This document shows, piece by piece, positions 12,608-26,147 of a stretch of 64,000 nt of DNA (position 1 is the first letter of the stretch; each line of letters begins with the position of its first letter). The translations under genes were made by a program, and so were the position numbers. The DNA is taken from NCBI GenBank assembly GCA_040954595.2, contig CM082590.2:1364001-1428000 (forward strand). Reading direction: 5' to 3'. The stretch comes from Balanoglossus misakiensis. Taxonomy: Eukaryota; Animalia; Hemichordata. Below the pieces are notes generated by a model. That model saw only the letters and a list, made by a program, of their open reading frames with translations, ran no database searches and was not told where the DNA came from.

Positions 12608-13938
12608 AGGCCGAGTTACACGAGGCAACTCGGCAGGCAACTCGGTAGGCAACTCGACGCGCAACCCGAGTTGCCTACCGAGTTGCCTCGTGTGTATGAT
12701 GTAGTCGCCTCAATGGAACGCGTCTGGCGACGTCGCCTCAAAATCCGTCATGTCGGATTTTCGGGCGACGAGTTGCCTGACGCGCAATCGGTTGCCCCGC
12801 GTTACCACTTTGTCTCGAATAAATGTTGACATCTGCACATGCGAAAATGATGTTTATTTATTATTTTCCGAACCAGGAACTACAGACTGTAGACCTGTAG
12901 ACTTCCGAAAATATTGGGGAATAAGTATTTGCTATGAAATCGGATATTTGTATGTGTTTATAGTTTAATATTTCCATATAAACTCAAGTTTTGTTAAAGA
13001 AACTTTTAACTAATTATCTTGCCAGTGATGGTATAAAAAATAAACTACTATTCAGTTCCGCGAAAATGGTTATGATGATTGACTCGACATTGATTGCGTT
13101 TCCGATTTTGGGGGTACCGTAACCAAAAAATATTATCGATAACGTTTTTACAGATTGGCACGACTTTCGCTCCGCATTTTTCACACATTTGTATGATGTG
13201 CAGTTTGATAATTCAGTAATCTTAATGTTACATTGCGCAACAGTCTTCAATTTCCCCATAATCTTCTCCCCTGTCTTACGAGGATTTAAACTCGCCGGTT
13301 GATCTTTTATAACAAAAAAAATACCTGGTTTCAAGTACATTTTAAATAAAATAAGTCAATGTTTTTGTAATTAAACTTAAGTTACTCCTTTTTTATTAAA
13401 AAAAATATTTATTAACTTTAAATTTTGTCCAATTTGGTATCACGGTTAAAAATTCCGTATTAATCAAATTAAGCACCCAAGCTAGTATTTTTTCTTTACT
13501 CATATAGACTTGCATATCACGTGCTAACTGTGAAAAAAACATGTTTTCATTGATTAGGAAACTGTTGAAGTGCAATACTAGTTAGTTTATTATGTAAATA
13601 GTAAACATAATGGATAAAGTGTACGTATTGTATGCAGTTCAAATTCGCAAACTGTGTTTTTTTCAAGAAAAAATACCTGGTCAGATGACCAGTTTGATCA
13701 GCTAATTGATAAGTATAATATATGCATGCTGTTGCCAGAATAACCACCAAATTGATCGGATAAAGATCAAATTGAAGATCGGTTTTTGAGGCGGGTGCAC
13801 ATGCGCAGCCGCTGTTTACGCCCAATTAGTTGCCAGTCGAGTCGCCCCGTGTAACCGTTCGATGTAGCGTCGCGACTCGGGTTGCGCGTCGAGTTGCCCA
13901 CCGAGTTGCCTGCCGAGTTGCCTCGTGTAACTCGGCCT
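12608..13938. mobile_element. MITE with 3-bp TSD (PIF/Harbinger-like) nested in the CAC element
   Basis: TIR AGGCCGAGTTACACGAGGCAACTCGGCAGGCAACTCGG...CGCAACCCGAGT with reverse complement at about 13875-13938. TSD TAC at 12605-12607 / 13939-13941. Confidence 0.85.
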
Positions 13939-14018
13939 TACGACTCCGTTGCTAGCCAGGACAGACGCGCTCGTATACAGTGTATGTAAGGAAGGGTATG
14001 CAATCGCTTCATATGAGT

Positions 14019-14440
14019 CTGGGGACGTGCGTTACCAAAAAGGGGGGACAGGGGGGACACTTTGTTCTACGGAGCAGAGTGCCATTGAAGTGTAGTCAAT
14101 AATTTTCATTTTTGCTTAGAATGTGTCTTGAAAAGTGTTGGATTAATCATGAATAAAAAACGGAAAACGTGAAAAATACAACAAATCCGTATACAAAACC
14201 ATTGCGAATCTGGTGACCGGAAGTGCCGTGTACGATCGCCGGGTTTTATATCATGTGTATGAAACTATGCGTGAGCTCAGCTCAGCTCCTCCCAGTCATG
14301 GTGGACGTTGTTCATGTGCATCACTGTTATATTTGCTATGATTTTTTTGCATGAAAACAGTATGTCCTATGTATACCTTTCATGGCAAAATTTGCGACAT
14401 CGCCCAAACGCCATTTTACGTCGGTAACGCACGTCCCCAG
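14019..14440. mobile_element. Short-TIR MITE, unclassified
   Basis: CTGGGGACGTGCGTTACC / GGTAACGCACGTCCCCAG, perfect 18-bp TIR. TSD not clear. Confidence 0.7.
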
Positions 14441-15038
14441 GACGAGTGACACTTTTCGATCGATAATATCTCGAATGTTCGACCGACTTTTGAAAATTGA
14501 AAAGCCAGACATTAGGTTTCTCTGTCATCTAAAACGCATACTTTGGTTTGGTAGCGATTCTCTTCGTAATAGTTGCCAAATGGCGGTGGGCTGAAAATTC
14601 GTTTCATACCCTGTATATATGTGTACTCACAGATCAGTTGCGGGCGCGCACGCATGCGTAGACATCACCTTTACTGCTCAAGACGAGATCGTACACACGG
14701 TGCCTATCCCTTATAGAGGTACGCGTACGGTGTGGTTTTGCACATAAAGTTAACACTGACCTAGCTTTAGTGCATTTCTCGTCCACACCAAACAAACCCA
14801 TGAAATATTTTATTCTTTGTTCATTTAGGACGTCGCGTTTATGATAAGTTTATTAATATCTATACACTTAATTGTTCCATGACGCCCGTGCACACACTGG
14901 CGCATGTTGAAGCCCACACTCGAATAAACGTTACACAAGAAAGAATATTCATTCTGGCGAGTTTTTCACTCGACTTGTATCTACAAGTCTGATGGAAGGG
15001 CAGCGAGAGAGAGACTGTGTCCCTTTACAGCAACTATA

Positions 15039-17146
15039 ATGGATGAATGCTACCTCGCCAACATTTTGGGATGTGGTAATTCTGATAAAGAACTAAGTAA
15101 AGCTGGTCCTCACCGGATAGAAAAAAATTATAGAATCCAGTAAACGCAGACATGATCATTTACACATTGATCTGCAAAATAAACTTGATGCTGATAAATC
15201 TTTGACAATACTATGCCATAGAAATTGTGTTTCTTCATACACCTCATCATACCATATCAATCGCCACCTGAAACGCACTGGGACAACAAGTTCGTCCAGT
15301 GAGCCCCCACTGAAAAGATATACACGTCAACCAGATAGCAGTAAAGTGTTTGACTTTCGTGAAACACTGTCTATTCTGTGGTGAAATTTGCGCCATACAT
15401 GCACACCCACGCAACCCAACTAGATGGTGAAAAGCTTTTCTTTGTAGAACAGCAGATCGTCCTGCCAAACAGTCATTTAAAGATACGATTTTAGATGTGT
15501 GTAAATCTCGTCAAGATGAGAGGGCAGAACAAGTAGAAGTGCGACTTCAGGGTGCAATCAGTGACCTGCATGCTGCAGATGCTCGTTACCATGATGACTG
15601 TAGGAAAAACTTCATGGCAATACGTTCTGTTGCATTTGCTTCCAAAGAACCTGATGATCAGACAAAGGACTTTGCATTTGAAGCTGTCACAAATGATATG
15701 AGATCAGATGTTTGACATGTATGGACCTCTGTGGAGATACACAATTCTTACATAGAACATGGTGGAACTAGTTTGTCTAGAAGCAAGCTTATCAAACAAT
15801 TAACCGAGGTCTTCAATGAAGAACTTGTGGTATTGTCATCCCCAGGGCTTGCAAATATTCTCCTGTTTCGCAACAGAGTCTCTGGCTTGTTGAGAATAGA
15901 GGAACTTGAAGAGGAAGATACGTCTATTGACATTGTTGCAAAACAGATTGTGAGAGAATGTAAGGAAGTGTGCCCGGATCAAAATAGGTATAATACCCGA
16001 ATTAACAAAGCTATCGCTATAGAGGAAGCAAGTTCTACTTTACTTTCTATATTGTCCAATCTGTCAGAGAAACTCAGTCGCATTCTTCCTGCTATTCTCA
16101 TAGGAAACATGTTTACAGGTATTCTCAGAAATACACCATCCTCTCTCCAGGTTGCACTAGGTGTTCAAATTAGAGAAGAAAAAAAATTGAAAGTTTGTAC
16201 GAGTATGGGGTATCATGTTCGTATGATGAGGTATTGAGGCCTCTGCTGCTGCAGCAGCAGCTGAAGATGTGAACAGCAATCTACAATCAATATCGGATTC
16301 GAGTGTAGGGTTGATTCAGGCAGTGGCTGATAATTTTGATGCCAATATTTCCTCCCAGAATGGTCTCCGATCAACACATGCATTAGCATTGCTTGTGACT
16401 CAAGAAAAACGAAGTGTTCACAATACAGACAGTAGCAGAGAGACTGTAAAGCACATAAAGAAAGAAGAAATGCGAAAACAGGTGGTTTCAGACATGGAAG
16501 TCAAGCGTTATGAGGGTCCAAAGAAGCCACGCATGACAGTGGGTGACATTAATAAATCTGTACTGCCATTGAAGATATTAGCAGAACAAGCAGTAATGTA
16601 TACTAGAGCAAAGGAGCTAGATTTTGAATTTCTGAAGTCTGTAACTGGAATACCAAGAACTCTAGAATTTGGAGGTTTTAACACAAGACTAGCACGTGAG
16701 CGAGGTCAGAGACTCAAACCAGCAACACAGGCAATGTACACCCAACTGATAGACATGGTACCCTCACATCCAGATACCATGATGACTGCCATGTCTGAGG
16801 CTCAGAGACTGACAGTTCAGTGTGGACAAACATACACAGTGTTCACAGCAGATCAGCAACTGCACCGTGTAATGGTAAATGTTTTGTTGGTGCATCCACA
16901 GTTGTTCCCTAACTTTGTTCCTAGGCTGGGAGGCATGTACATGCTGATGAGCTTTGTAGGATGCATTGGTGTATTGATGGCAAACAGTGGTCTTGAAGAT
17001 GTGTTAAAGGCTGCGTTTGGAGGGGTAGCTCGTATGCTTACTGGAAAGAACAGAATGTAAGAGCCCTGCGTATGGTGTGTGAAGAAGTCTTATGCAATGT
17101 CATACAACAAGTTGACAGCTATGATGATCTGCTGTTTCAATTAGAG
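15039..17146 (+). pseudogene. Academ transposase pseudogene, N-terminal and DDE part
   Basis: Consecutive ORF fragments broken by stops and frameshifts, with motifs CHRNCVSSYTS, DLHAADARYHDDC, ADNFDANI..QNGLRSTHA, FTADQQL, PRLGGM.MLMSFVG.IG.LM.NSGLE. Confidence 0.85.
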
Positions 17147-18015
17147 GGTATATTTTGCAACTGCTATAGGATGAATAGGCGTCGGAATAGATGGACCCAA
17201 GATGTTTCAGAATCAAGTGATGAGGATGATGTGGCAGATGGTGCTGAAGACGATAGTGAAGAAGACATTATCCTTCACTAGTATTGACCATTCTGATACT
17301 GGAGGTTTTTACATTCTAAAGCTTCTACGACAGGGTATTGGACAATCCTTACTGGATTGGATTCATAATATAAATTAGGAGTTATCTAATTTAAAGCACT
17401 TGTTTGTGATTAATGGATTAGAAATGAGTGATGTCGGCTGATTATCTGTCTGGGTAAACTTTGTTGATACCGTTATGGCTGTTCCATTTACAGTGATTTC
17501 TAGTTAGAGTTAGACAATTCGATCTTTGGGGGGACAATTTTTTTTGGGGGGAGGGGGTGGGGGGGGGGGTCAGAATTTAAAAAAAATACAAGTTTGAAAG
17601 GCATCACCTGTAATAAAAAAGATGCAAAAATGTTGATGTTATACCATTTTCTATAAACAATATTTGCAATCAAGGTAAGCAGAATTGTTTTTGTCAACTG
17701 ATCTCCCCCCCCCAAAAAAACAAAACTATCAAATGGTTAAACCCTTACTCTAGACATCACCCAATGCTAAATATGGATTCACTGGTCCCCAAAAACACAA
17801 AAATAGTCAGAAAAAACAAACACATAATTCAATTAGTACAAAAATTATGTCTTGTTTCATGCTTGGTGGCCATCTTGGATTTCTCGAAACTCTCAATGGT
17901 GCCAAGGTGGCATCATTCAGATTGGGGTTAAGGACATGCTATAGTTGAGTAAACTGCAAAAAAAAACAATTGTACGGACTGTTTTTGGGGGGTTTCGAGG
18001 CCTGCCACTGGACTA

Positions 18016-18746
18016 GAAATAAAAGACGACTTCTCAACTTCAAAGATATAATTTCTGCAAAGAAATCTGAGCTATGTTCTGTACTTCCTGCTGTAAATTC
18101 ATTCACTGGAAGTGATACCACAAGTGCCTTTGTAAGACGTGGTAAAGTGGGACCATTAAAAATAGTTGAGAAATATCCTGAATTTTTGACCACATTTGCA
18201 AACCTTGGAACACACAGTGATGTGTCAGATAAAACTGTCAAAGAATTGGAAAAGTTTGTTTGCTACATGTATGGGAAAGGTCAGTACACTGATATTGACA
18301 AACTTCGTTATGATCTTTTCACACAAAAGTATCAAGCAAAACCAGGATATGTATTGACAAGCTACGATGGCATTGACCTGAGCCTTCTACCACCATGTAG
18401 CTAGACTTCTCTTCAGATACATATATATAGAGCTAACTATCAAGCGCTAATTTGGAACCATGCCCATGTCAACAGTCCTGAGATTCCTAGTCTTTCAGGA
18501 CATGGGTGGAAACAAGATGAAAGCGGCATTCTATCGTATGAGTGGACAAAAGGTAACATTTTTCCACAAGCATTGGTAGACATATTATGCCAGTCTACTC
18601 CAGAGGGTGTTTCAGATGACAGTGTAGGGGATGGCATGGCTAATAATGGTGATGATGATAATTATGAAGATGGGGAGGGCCCGGTTGAGGTGGCAGACAG
18701 CATGATGGACACCGTTTTAGAAGACAGCGATGATGGAGGTAATTGA
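18016..18746 (+). pseudogene. Academ transposase pseudogene, C-terminal XPG/FEN1-like nuclease part with acidic tail
   Basis: NKRRLL...LPAVNSFTGSDTTSAF..RGK...LEKFVCYMY...KLRYDLF...LPPCS*..LQIHIYRANYQALIW...P...GW. One in-frame stop at 18402-18404. Confidence 0.85.
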
Positions 18747-21415
18747 TGACCTTATTACATTGATTTCTTGTGTGCATTATTACCAAAACCACCCAAGTTG
18801 TCATCAGTATAACTTGCTCATAAAAGGTATTTTACAAAATCCCTTTTGTGATCTTTAGTAAAAAGTATGATGCCATAATGACATAACTTGTCATCATAGT
18901 CACTAGTTGGTAGCAAAACAATTCCGCAGAGACGGCCAACAGCTCCATTTTCATTATGGTACTTGGAAGTATGACGTAATGATGACGTAATTGATTACCA
19001 TATCAATTTTTGTAATAATTGGATACTTAATCAGCTTTCTGTTGATACCAAACACATCACAGTTTTCATCAGTATAATTGCACAGAGACGTGTTTTTCAA
19101 AACCTCACATTTATAGGTGAACAGAACATCATTTTCGCAAGGGTATTTTGACTTATGACGTCACTATGATGTTATGATTTGTCATACCACGTTTATTTTG
19201 TAATTAATGGAAAGCTTGTTTATTAAGCTTTCTTTTGATAACAAATATATCCCAGTTGTTCTAGGTATACGTTCGGAGAGTCAGTAGTCAGAGTCAGTCT
19301 TAGACTAATTTACCCCCTACGTCAATTTATATGTACTTTTAGGGTTTCCTACATAAGTTACACACTATAATTTAGAAACCAATAACTCTAAAACGCCCCG
19401 GTGCCTAGATGGCAAACAAAGTGCATTTTACTCAGTACATGATAGGCTTTCAGAAAAACATATTGTCTCAAAGATTCCCCCACTGGGGTGGGGGTCAGGT
19501 GGGAGAGGTAAACCTATTCTGGCTCACAGTCTAAATAGCATTGTCATATACAGAGAATTACTGCACCAAATTTGATGAAGTAATCTGACCAACATATGGC
19601 TGTGTTATGAGAAATTTAGCAATGACATGTTAATTGCATATTTAATGACTTTGCTCAATTAGCCTGATATGATCCTGGCCAGACATCAAGCACCAAATCT
19701 GATGAATCTCGCCAGATATATATTGTTTTCACATCTATTAAACTTACAGATTGTAATCAATATACTGTTCATTTGCATATTTCATTAACTTTTCTAATTA
19801 ATGCTATATTTCTGACATAAATGTACCGAATTTGATAGAACATGCTAGAAATATTGATACGACAGGGATCAGACTGCATTGTGAGACATTTAGCAGTGTC
19901 ATGTTAATTAATGGATATTTTGCACCTTTAAGACGGGGCACCGGGATCTTTTTGCATGTTGCTATGGGTCGTTTTGGGACATTACACACCGATTTGGACT
20001 AAACCGTTTTCAGAGTCTAACAAAAAGATACAGATGCCCCATTTTAAATAACGAACGTGTTTAATTATCTTTAAACATCAAGAGATACTGAGCCAGTTTT
20101 GATGAAACTCACCAGATGTATTGTTTTCACACTTATTTATCGTATTAAACTTTATTCAGAGACACAGCATACAGTGCACATCCATCAACAATCATTATCA
20201 ATAAACTGCAAATTTTCTTAGTTATTTTTTCTATTTAGGGATATACCACTGAATTGAATGCATGTACTTTAAGAAAAGAGGAGCAGATATCTATGTGACG
20301 GAGATCTGAATATATTGGGAGACATTTACTAGTGTCATGTTAATTAGTGATTGATTTAAATATTTAACAAATAAGTCCAATTGTATAGAGATCAGTTGCA
20401 TTCAAAGAAAGTTGAATTTGGTGATATATGGGGCGGTTAACCAAAAAATCGTGCACTTTGGGTTAAAAGCCTGAAACTTGGTACAGGTATGCATTGACCC
20501 ATGGTGGATATTTTCCAATATGGATCCAAAATGACAGCGCCCTCTAGTGACCAGAAACAGACATTCATACTTTAAAATCGTGCACAATTATGCCAAAATT
20601 TGGGGTTTATCTGCCCCACTAATAATTTATTGATTAACTTTGCACATTTCCTGTCTTTATCTATACCCACATTAGTTCATATCTGATCTCTTCAAAGATA
20701 TGATTAGCCTAACCAGATATGACAATTCTACTAGTGTTTCCAGCAACAAATTTGATCATCATGAAAGACACAAGATATATTTCTACTAAAAACTTTCCTA
20801 ATGACATAAAATTCAGTCTGTTCATTCACTGGCCATTTACCAAAAGCAAAAACACTTGGTGTAAATGTCACATTAGAGGATTGAAAATACGCAAATACTG
20901 ACGGAAGTGAAGCGATGGTCTACCCTAGATCTGGTTTATGTATTTTAAAAAATTTGGTTGACTGACAAGAAGCAGTTGAACATTCTGTCATCCATACTCA
21001 CCAACATCAGAAAGTCAAGGAGTCCACGAATTTTAGGGGCTGTGGATAATTACAACATGCATCTAATTGGGGCCATTGTTCTCTGTCTATCATCACCATC
21101 TTTACCATCCTATAAATGCTCTTCATTACATTACTCAGTTGTTCCCACAATAACATGAACTGTTTCTGTTGAGCTAGTGCAATCGCAAGCAGAGAAATCC
21201 AATTTTTTAAACAAGTGAAAGATTTATTAGGTAACTGCTTTGACTGATTTAAACTGATTTTGGAGTGATTCTTCAGCAGTTTGAACTTGGTTGGCCTAAA
21301 CATGTACATTGTTTGGTTTTAATACATGAGAAAACCTGAAAGTCTACTCTAAAGTGTCTGAATTGACCCCCCTCCTAAAACAAAACAGCTCCAGGGATTT
21401 CCTTTGAAGCCAGCT

Positions 21416-23512
21416 AATTAAGGGGCCCAAGCGCCCTCTGGCGCTTGGTCCCCTTCTGTTATTGCTGGAGTTTTTCTTCTTTCTTCTTGAGTCGTTTTTT
21501 TGCTCCCGTTTTTCTCAAAAATCCCTGGACCTACGCCTTTGAAATTTGGCACGGTGGTTTGGGCCCATGAGTACTGGTGCACCTGCCCTTTGAATGTGTA
21601 ATTAGTCATGTGACTTGGTGGCTATAATCGAGCCAAATTTTCAAATTGACCTAATTTGCACATTAATGGGGGCATGTACATTCTCTTCGCGATTTTTGTA
21701 GACCATGTGGCCAAAATCCCCTGTGCCAAATTTCAAGGTCCTAGGCCACGTCGATTTTGAGAAGAATATTTTTGTAATATTTTTCGCATTTTTTGGTGGG
21801 CTGAGGACGAACACTGGGGCATCGGACTTTGACCGTCATTACGTAATGTTGTGGAGATCTCATTAGCAGTGTACTCACTTCTGGCGGGTTGCAGTAGTCC
21901 TTGGAAAATTGGCTGAAATACGTAAACAGACCAGTGATTATTTTCCACGGAATGAATTTTGGGACAACACATTATCGGAGTTCAGGCTGTGTTAGGGCGT
22001 TATATTGAATTACGCTGAGTTTGTTAGCTGTTGCCGTTCAAATGTGTCTACGCAGACCCGGCTACACTGGTTAACATTCAATGTAATGCGGCAGCGGACT
22101 TTGACCCTCAGTCGCTAATGTTGTGGGAGGTTTCATCATTAGCATGGTAGTCACATGTAGTGGATAGTAGTTCGGGAAATTGGCCGAAATACGTAAGCAG
22201 ACCAGTGATTTTATTGCACGAAGGGAGTATGGTACCAGCAATAACCAGAGATCAGGCTTCGTTGCCGTTCAAAAGTTCCTACTTCAGTCGTGACGTTGCA
22301 ACTGGACGTTCAGTATTGGGTTCGGCCCGCAGGTGGCCGTGGGGGTTATCAGGTCGCCCGTCATGGCACGCAGCTTCATGCAGCTGTATGGGACCAAAAT
22401 AACACTCCCGATTCGGGGGTCACCTGTGACACCTGCGTAACTCTATTATGTGCATGCGTAATTGTGGGGTCAATGAAAGGGATGCTAGCGTGGTATTTGT
22501 TGCACATGGATCAATATGAAGTCCGATTTTCCTGTCAAGTTGTGGGCGACATGTGACATTTCACCTACTTTTGCTTAGTGAATAACAGCAGATGCATGCA
22601 GCTTTGACGTGGTGGGGGGGGGGATATACGGATGGGACCATAATGATATACCAAAGGCGGGGTCACCTGTTGCACCTGCCTATGTCATTGATTTTGTACA
22701 TTTAATTGGACACTAACCAACAGGGCGATATGTGTGGTTTTTGTTCCACAGGGATGAATGTAAACTTGTCAGTTGGTTTTTGCCAAAATGTATAAGGTGA
22801 TTTGGATGACCTCTGTCGTACAGTGCCATATCTCAGCACGTTGTACAGGTGCAGCTTTGGTATTTGGAGGGATGAAACTATCATGAAATGCCAAATACAG
22901 GGGGATACCTGTGACACCTGCTTGATTCATGTATTACGTGCATACCTAATGGTAGGCAAAGTGAAAGGGCTGCAAATGTAGGATTTGTTGCACATGACAT
23001 AAACAGGAATGAACATTTTTTGTCAAATATTTGGGTGACCTCAGGTGTCCATTGACCTGCTTTCCATATGTTAGCATGCACATCATATATAGCCAGGTGT
23101 TTGGAGGGGTAGGGTAGGACCCTCTGCGTCATGAAATGCTAAATTCCTGGGGCCACCTGTAACTTACTTGCGTAACTCATTATTATGGCCATATATAATT
23201 TGACCAACCCAAAGGGCGAGGATTTTCCGTTGTCTTGAATGTGAACCAAATAAGAATCCTAATTTTTGGCCCAATTTTTGGGTACCCTCACCTGACCTTT
23301 GAAGTACTTACTGAAGTACTTACAACGTAGAAGTTCACCTTTGGTTGTTGTGTTTGTACTTGTACATGCATTTCAGGTGGTTGCCTACTTCCCCATATCT
23401 CAACATCGAGAGCAAATACAGCCTACGCATTTGAATGGTACAACCCTGAATGGAGTCTAATGGTTATTAACTCTATGCTTGGGCCCCTTCAATGCTGCTT
23501 GCAGCTTTAATT
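21416..23512 (+). mobile_element. Helentron-like non-autonomous element
   Basis: SubTIR AAGGGGCCCAAGC (21420-21432) forms a local hairpin with GCTTGGTCCCCTT. Partner GCTTGGGCCCCTT at 23477-23489 is followed by the terminal stem-loop GCTGCTTGCAGC and TTTAATT. Degenerate internal tandem repeats. Confidence 0.75.
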
Positions 23513-24917
23513 GTACTTTGTCTTCAGCACTTACAAATAATCAACTATGTACAGGCCAACTCCAGTATACACATGTTAAGAGAAAAGAGCTTCAGGTCAT
23601 AAGGACCTGCACCAAACCAAACCAAAGCTTCAGGTCCTTACAGAAAACAGCTGGTCCTTACAAAATGCCGTTGTTGACGACATGCATTACTATTACAATC
23701 AACACTCTCTCCCTGAATAGCGAATACTACGTTTTTGAATGTAACACGAAAATATATAATTCTTTTCACCATATTGCTATAAAAGAGACTGCAACTAATC
23801 TTTAATAGTTCATGTCCTTTCATTAACAGAGTTCAGGGTTCGACACTGGGGTAAAAAGCCCACTATCCCCGGGACCAGTACAATTGTTGGGATAAATCTA
23901 AAATTTAATATTTGTTCTTGAAAAACGAATGAATGTACTGTATCATACACAAATGAAAGGAGTGGCATTATTTTGGATATTCATCTCTACTGATTAAGTC
24001 TGCCAGCTTCGTGTTTTTTTTTGTAGTAAATCAAACTCCTGGAAAGTCTGAAAACTCACTAGCAACCATCAGTCATACTCATACCCGAATGGATCGTACA
24101 CGAATGATCAACCCATGTAATCTTCGAATGTTAAACGCTGTTAAAAATACATGCACTCCTACTAGAGTTTTGCGACTTGTTTGCGACATAGGGCCCTCTA
24201 CTGATAAAATTTGGAGAGCATAGTATTGTTTTGTACGTGTGTCGCAAAATGGTATCTTTCTATATAGCGTAAGACCCCTCAGGTTGAGATGTTCAAAATG
24301 ATCGCTCTACGTATGGTTTGCTCAGCGATAATTCATCATCTTGTATTTTGGTGACAAATCTTGTGAGTTTATGTCCATGGTTTACGCAAACTTACTGCAT
24401 TGACTGAGTGAATATTTTCCCAATTGATATTTCTCGATGCGATAGTTCAGATTTTACACCATAAATATTGCGTGATCACGCCCGTAGCATTAGTGTATTA
24501 CGGGTCACGTCATCATCGCCACACGGGACGGTTACTGTTCGAGTAATTATAAACATACTTGTCGCGGGCGTCACCGTAAATAATGTTCGTATATGGGGTG
24601 AAAATACTGTTACAATTCACGATTTTTGCTGGACCAAAGACTACCCACAGTAATGAAAAAATATCATCGTGTGTATTCAAAAATCCAGCCGGTCACAAGG
24701 ACCGATTATGTTGCTAAAACTTTCGGCCCAACCCGAAATCTGTCGGTCTCGGAGCGTCGGACCGACGTTAATTTCACCCCCCAAAAAACAGACTGTTTCA
24801 CGAGGCCGAAGCACCGAGGGGTGTAAGACGTATGCTGTTGCCCGAAAAGCCAGTCAATATGTGTTTTGTAACACATCTTATCCACAGCTATGCCTTTATA
24901 CAAGGGATTTCATTTAA

Positions 24918-25239
24918 GCGGCGCGAAACACTGATAAGAACTCCAATGTAAATAGCTAGAGTAAACTGAGATTGTTATGCTGAAGTGGGCATCTGGTTAC
25001 GTTCGTTTTGATCATTAGAACTGTTTAGAGCAGTTCTGTATCAACACACTCTGGGGGGTGTCCTGCTTCGAACATGTCTAAAACACATGTGTACACTGAG
25101 AGGGGCAACACGACATGTTGATACAGAGCTATGTAATCAGTTATGATCATTGCAAATGTAACCAGATGCCAACGCATTCATAAAGTCTTTGTTTACTCTG
25201 GCTAATTATATTGGAGTTCTTATCAGTGTTTCGTGCCGC
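24918..25239. mobile_element. Palindromic TTAA-flanked MITE
   Basis: TTAA-GCGGCGCGAAACACTGATAAGAACTCCAAT ... ATTGGAGTTCTTATCAGTGTTTCGTGCCGC-TTAA. Imperfect pairing continues toward the centre. Confidence 0.85.
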
Positions 25240-25413
25240 TTAAGTGATAGGCGTTGTAACTCATAATACACAAAGTGTATGGTGAAATTTCTCGACTATC
25301 GTTCCCCTCGGTCGCAGATGACATGTTTACTTTCCATTTCGCACACGAGCAATGTGTTGTTTTTGAATTGAGCGTGCATCATTTTTCAACTGATTACTGA
25401 TGACGTCGTTTAA

Positions 25414-26147
25414 GGTGGCATTGCATGAAAACTTGTGATTTTTGCCAAATTTTACTTTTTTACATAAATCGGTAGGCCTAACTACTGACCCACACCCTGA
25501 CTAATACGTCTTGGCGGAAATGGTGCATAATCACTCCAAAATAGCACTTTTCTGAATGAGTTCACAGCTTAACAAATAGGTGTCAACAATGCAAATGGTC
25601 GTTTTTCTCAGTTTGCATTTTCGCTGCTCTTGACAACTTCAGACAAAAATAGCTTCGCTCTGCGTTGGCCGAATTTGCTCAAATTTTAACTGGGGATTGT
25701 GTATGACATATCCAACAAAACGGTATTTTTGTTAGTCGATAAAGTGTCCCTGGCGGGAATAAACTCTGATTCAATACAACTCGCCGTGAATTTGATCAAA
25801 TTTTACTAAAAACCTAACTTTCAAACACTGTTACTCCACAATGGAAGCAGATAACGCAAAACAAAATTACCGTTTTTTGCACGTGTACTCTAGTTTCGAA
25901 TGACATATTAAGATGCATGATGCATGGTCAACTTTTTTACCTATTTTAAATTTCATGACATAATATCAAAAAATGGGTTTTTTCACCCAAAATCGCCACC
26001 ATTTCCGGGGATCAATAATATTTGCAACTCAAACAAAAGTTCAAAATCTCAGCTTCCAGAATATATATGGTTTATGGGGGTTTTAACGTTGTCTTTGATG
26101 AGAAATAGGCCTCTGAAAAAGTCTCGACGGTTTCATGCAATGCCACC
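25414..26147. mobile_element. TTAA-flanked MITE (Kolobok-like)
   Basis: TTAA-GGTGGCATTGCATGAAA / TTTCATGCAATGCCACC-TTAA, perfect 17-bp TIR. Confidence 0.85.

Larger units (their letters stand above)
12361..14890. mobile_element. CAC...GTG-ended non-autonomous element (CMC: Chapaev/Transib/EnSpm-like) nested in Academ
   Basis: TIR CACGGGCGTCATGGAACAAT.AAGTGTAT.GATATTAA / TTAATATC.ATACACTT.ATTGTTCCATGACGCCCGTG. It sits in a (CA)n tract, so TSD length is ambiguous. Confidence 0.75.
8401..19533 (+). mobile_element. Academ (AcademX-like) DNA transposon, decayed, with nested insertions
   Basis: About 560-bp imperfect TIRs (8401-8958 / 18970-19533) with TAGACTGTGAGCCAG...CTGGCTCACAGTCTA ends. 3-bp TSD AAT (8398-8400 / 19534-19536). 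Internal transposase and XPG-like nuclease remnants. Confidence 0.88.
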
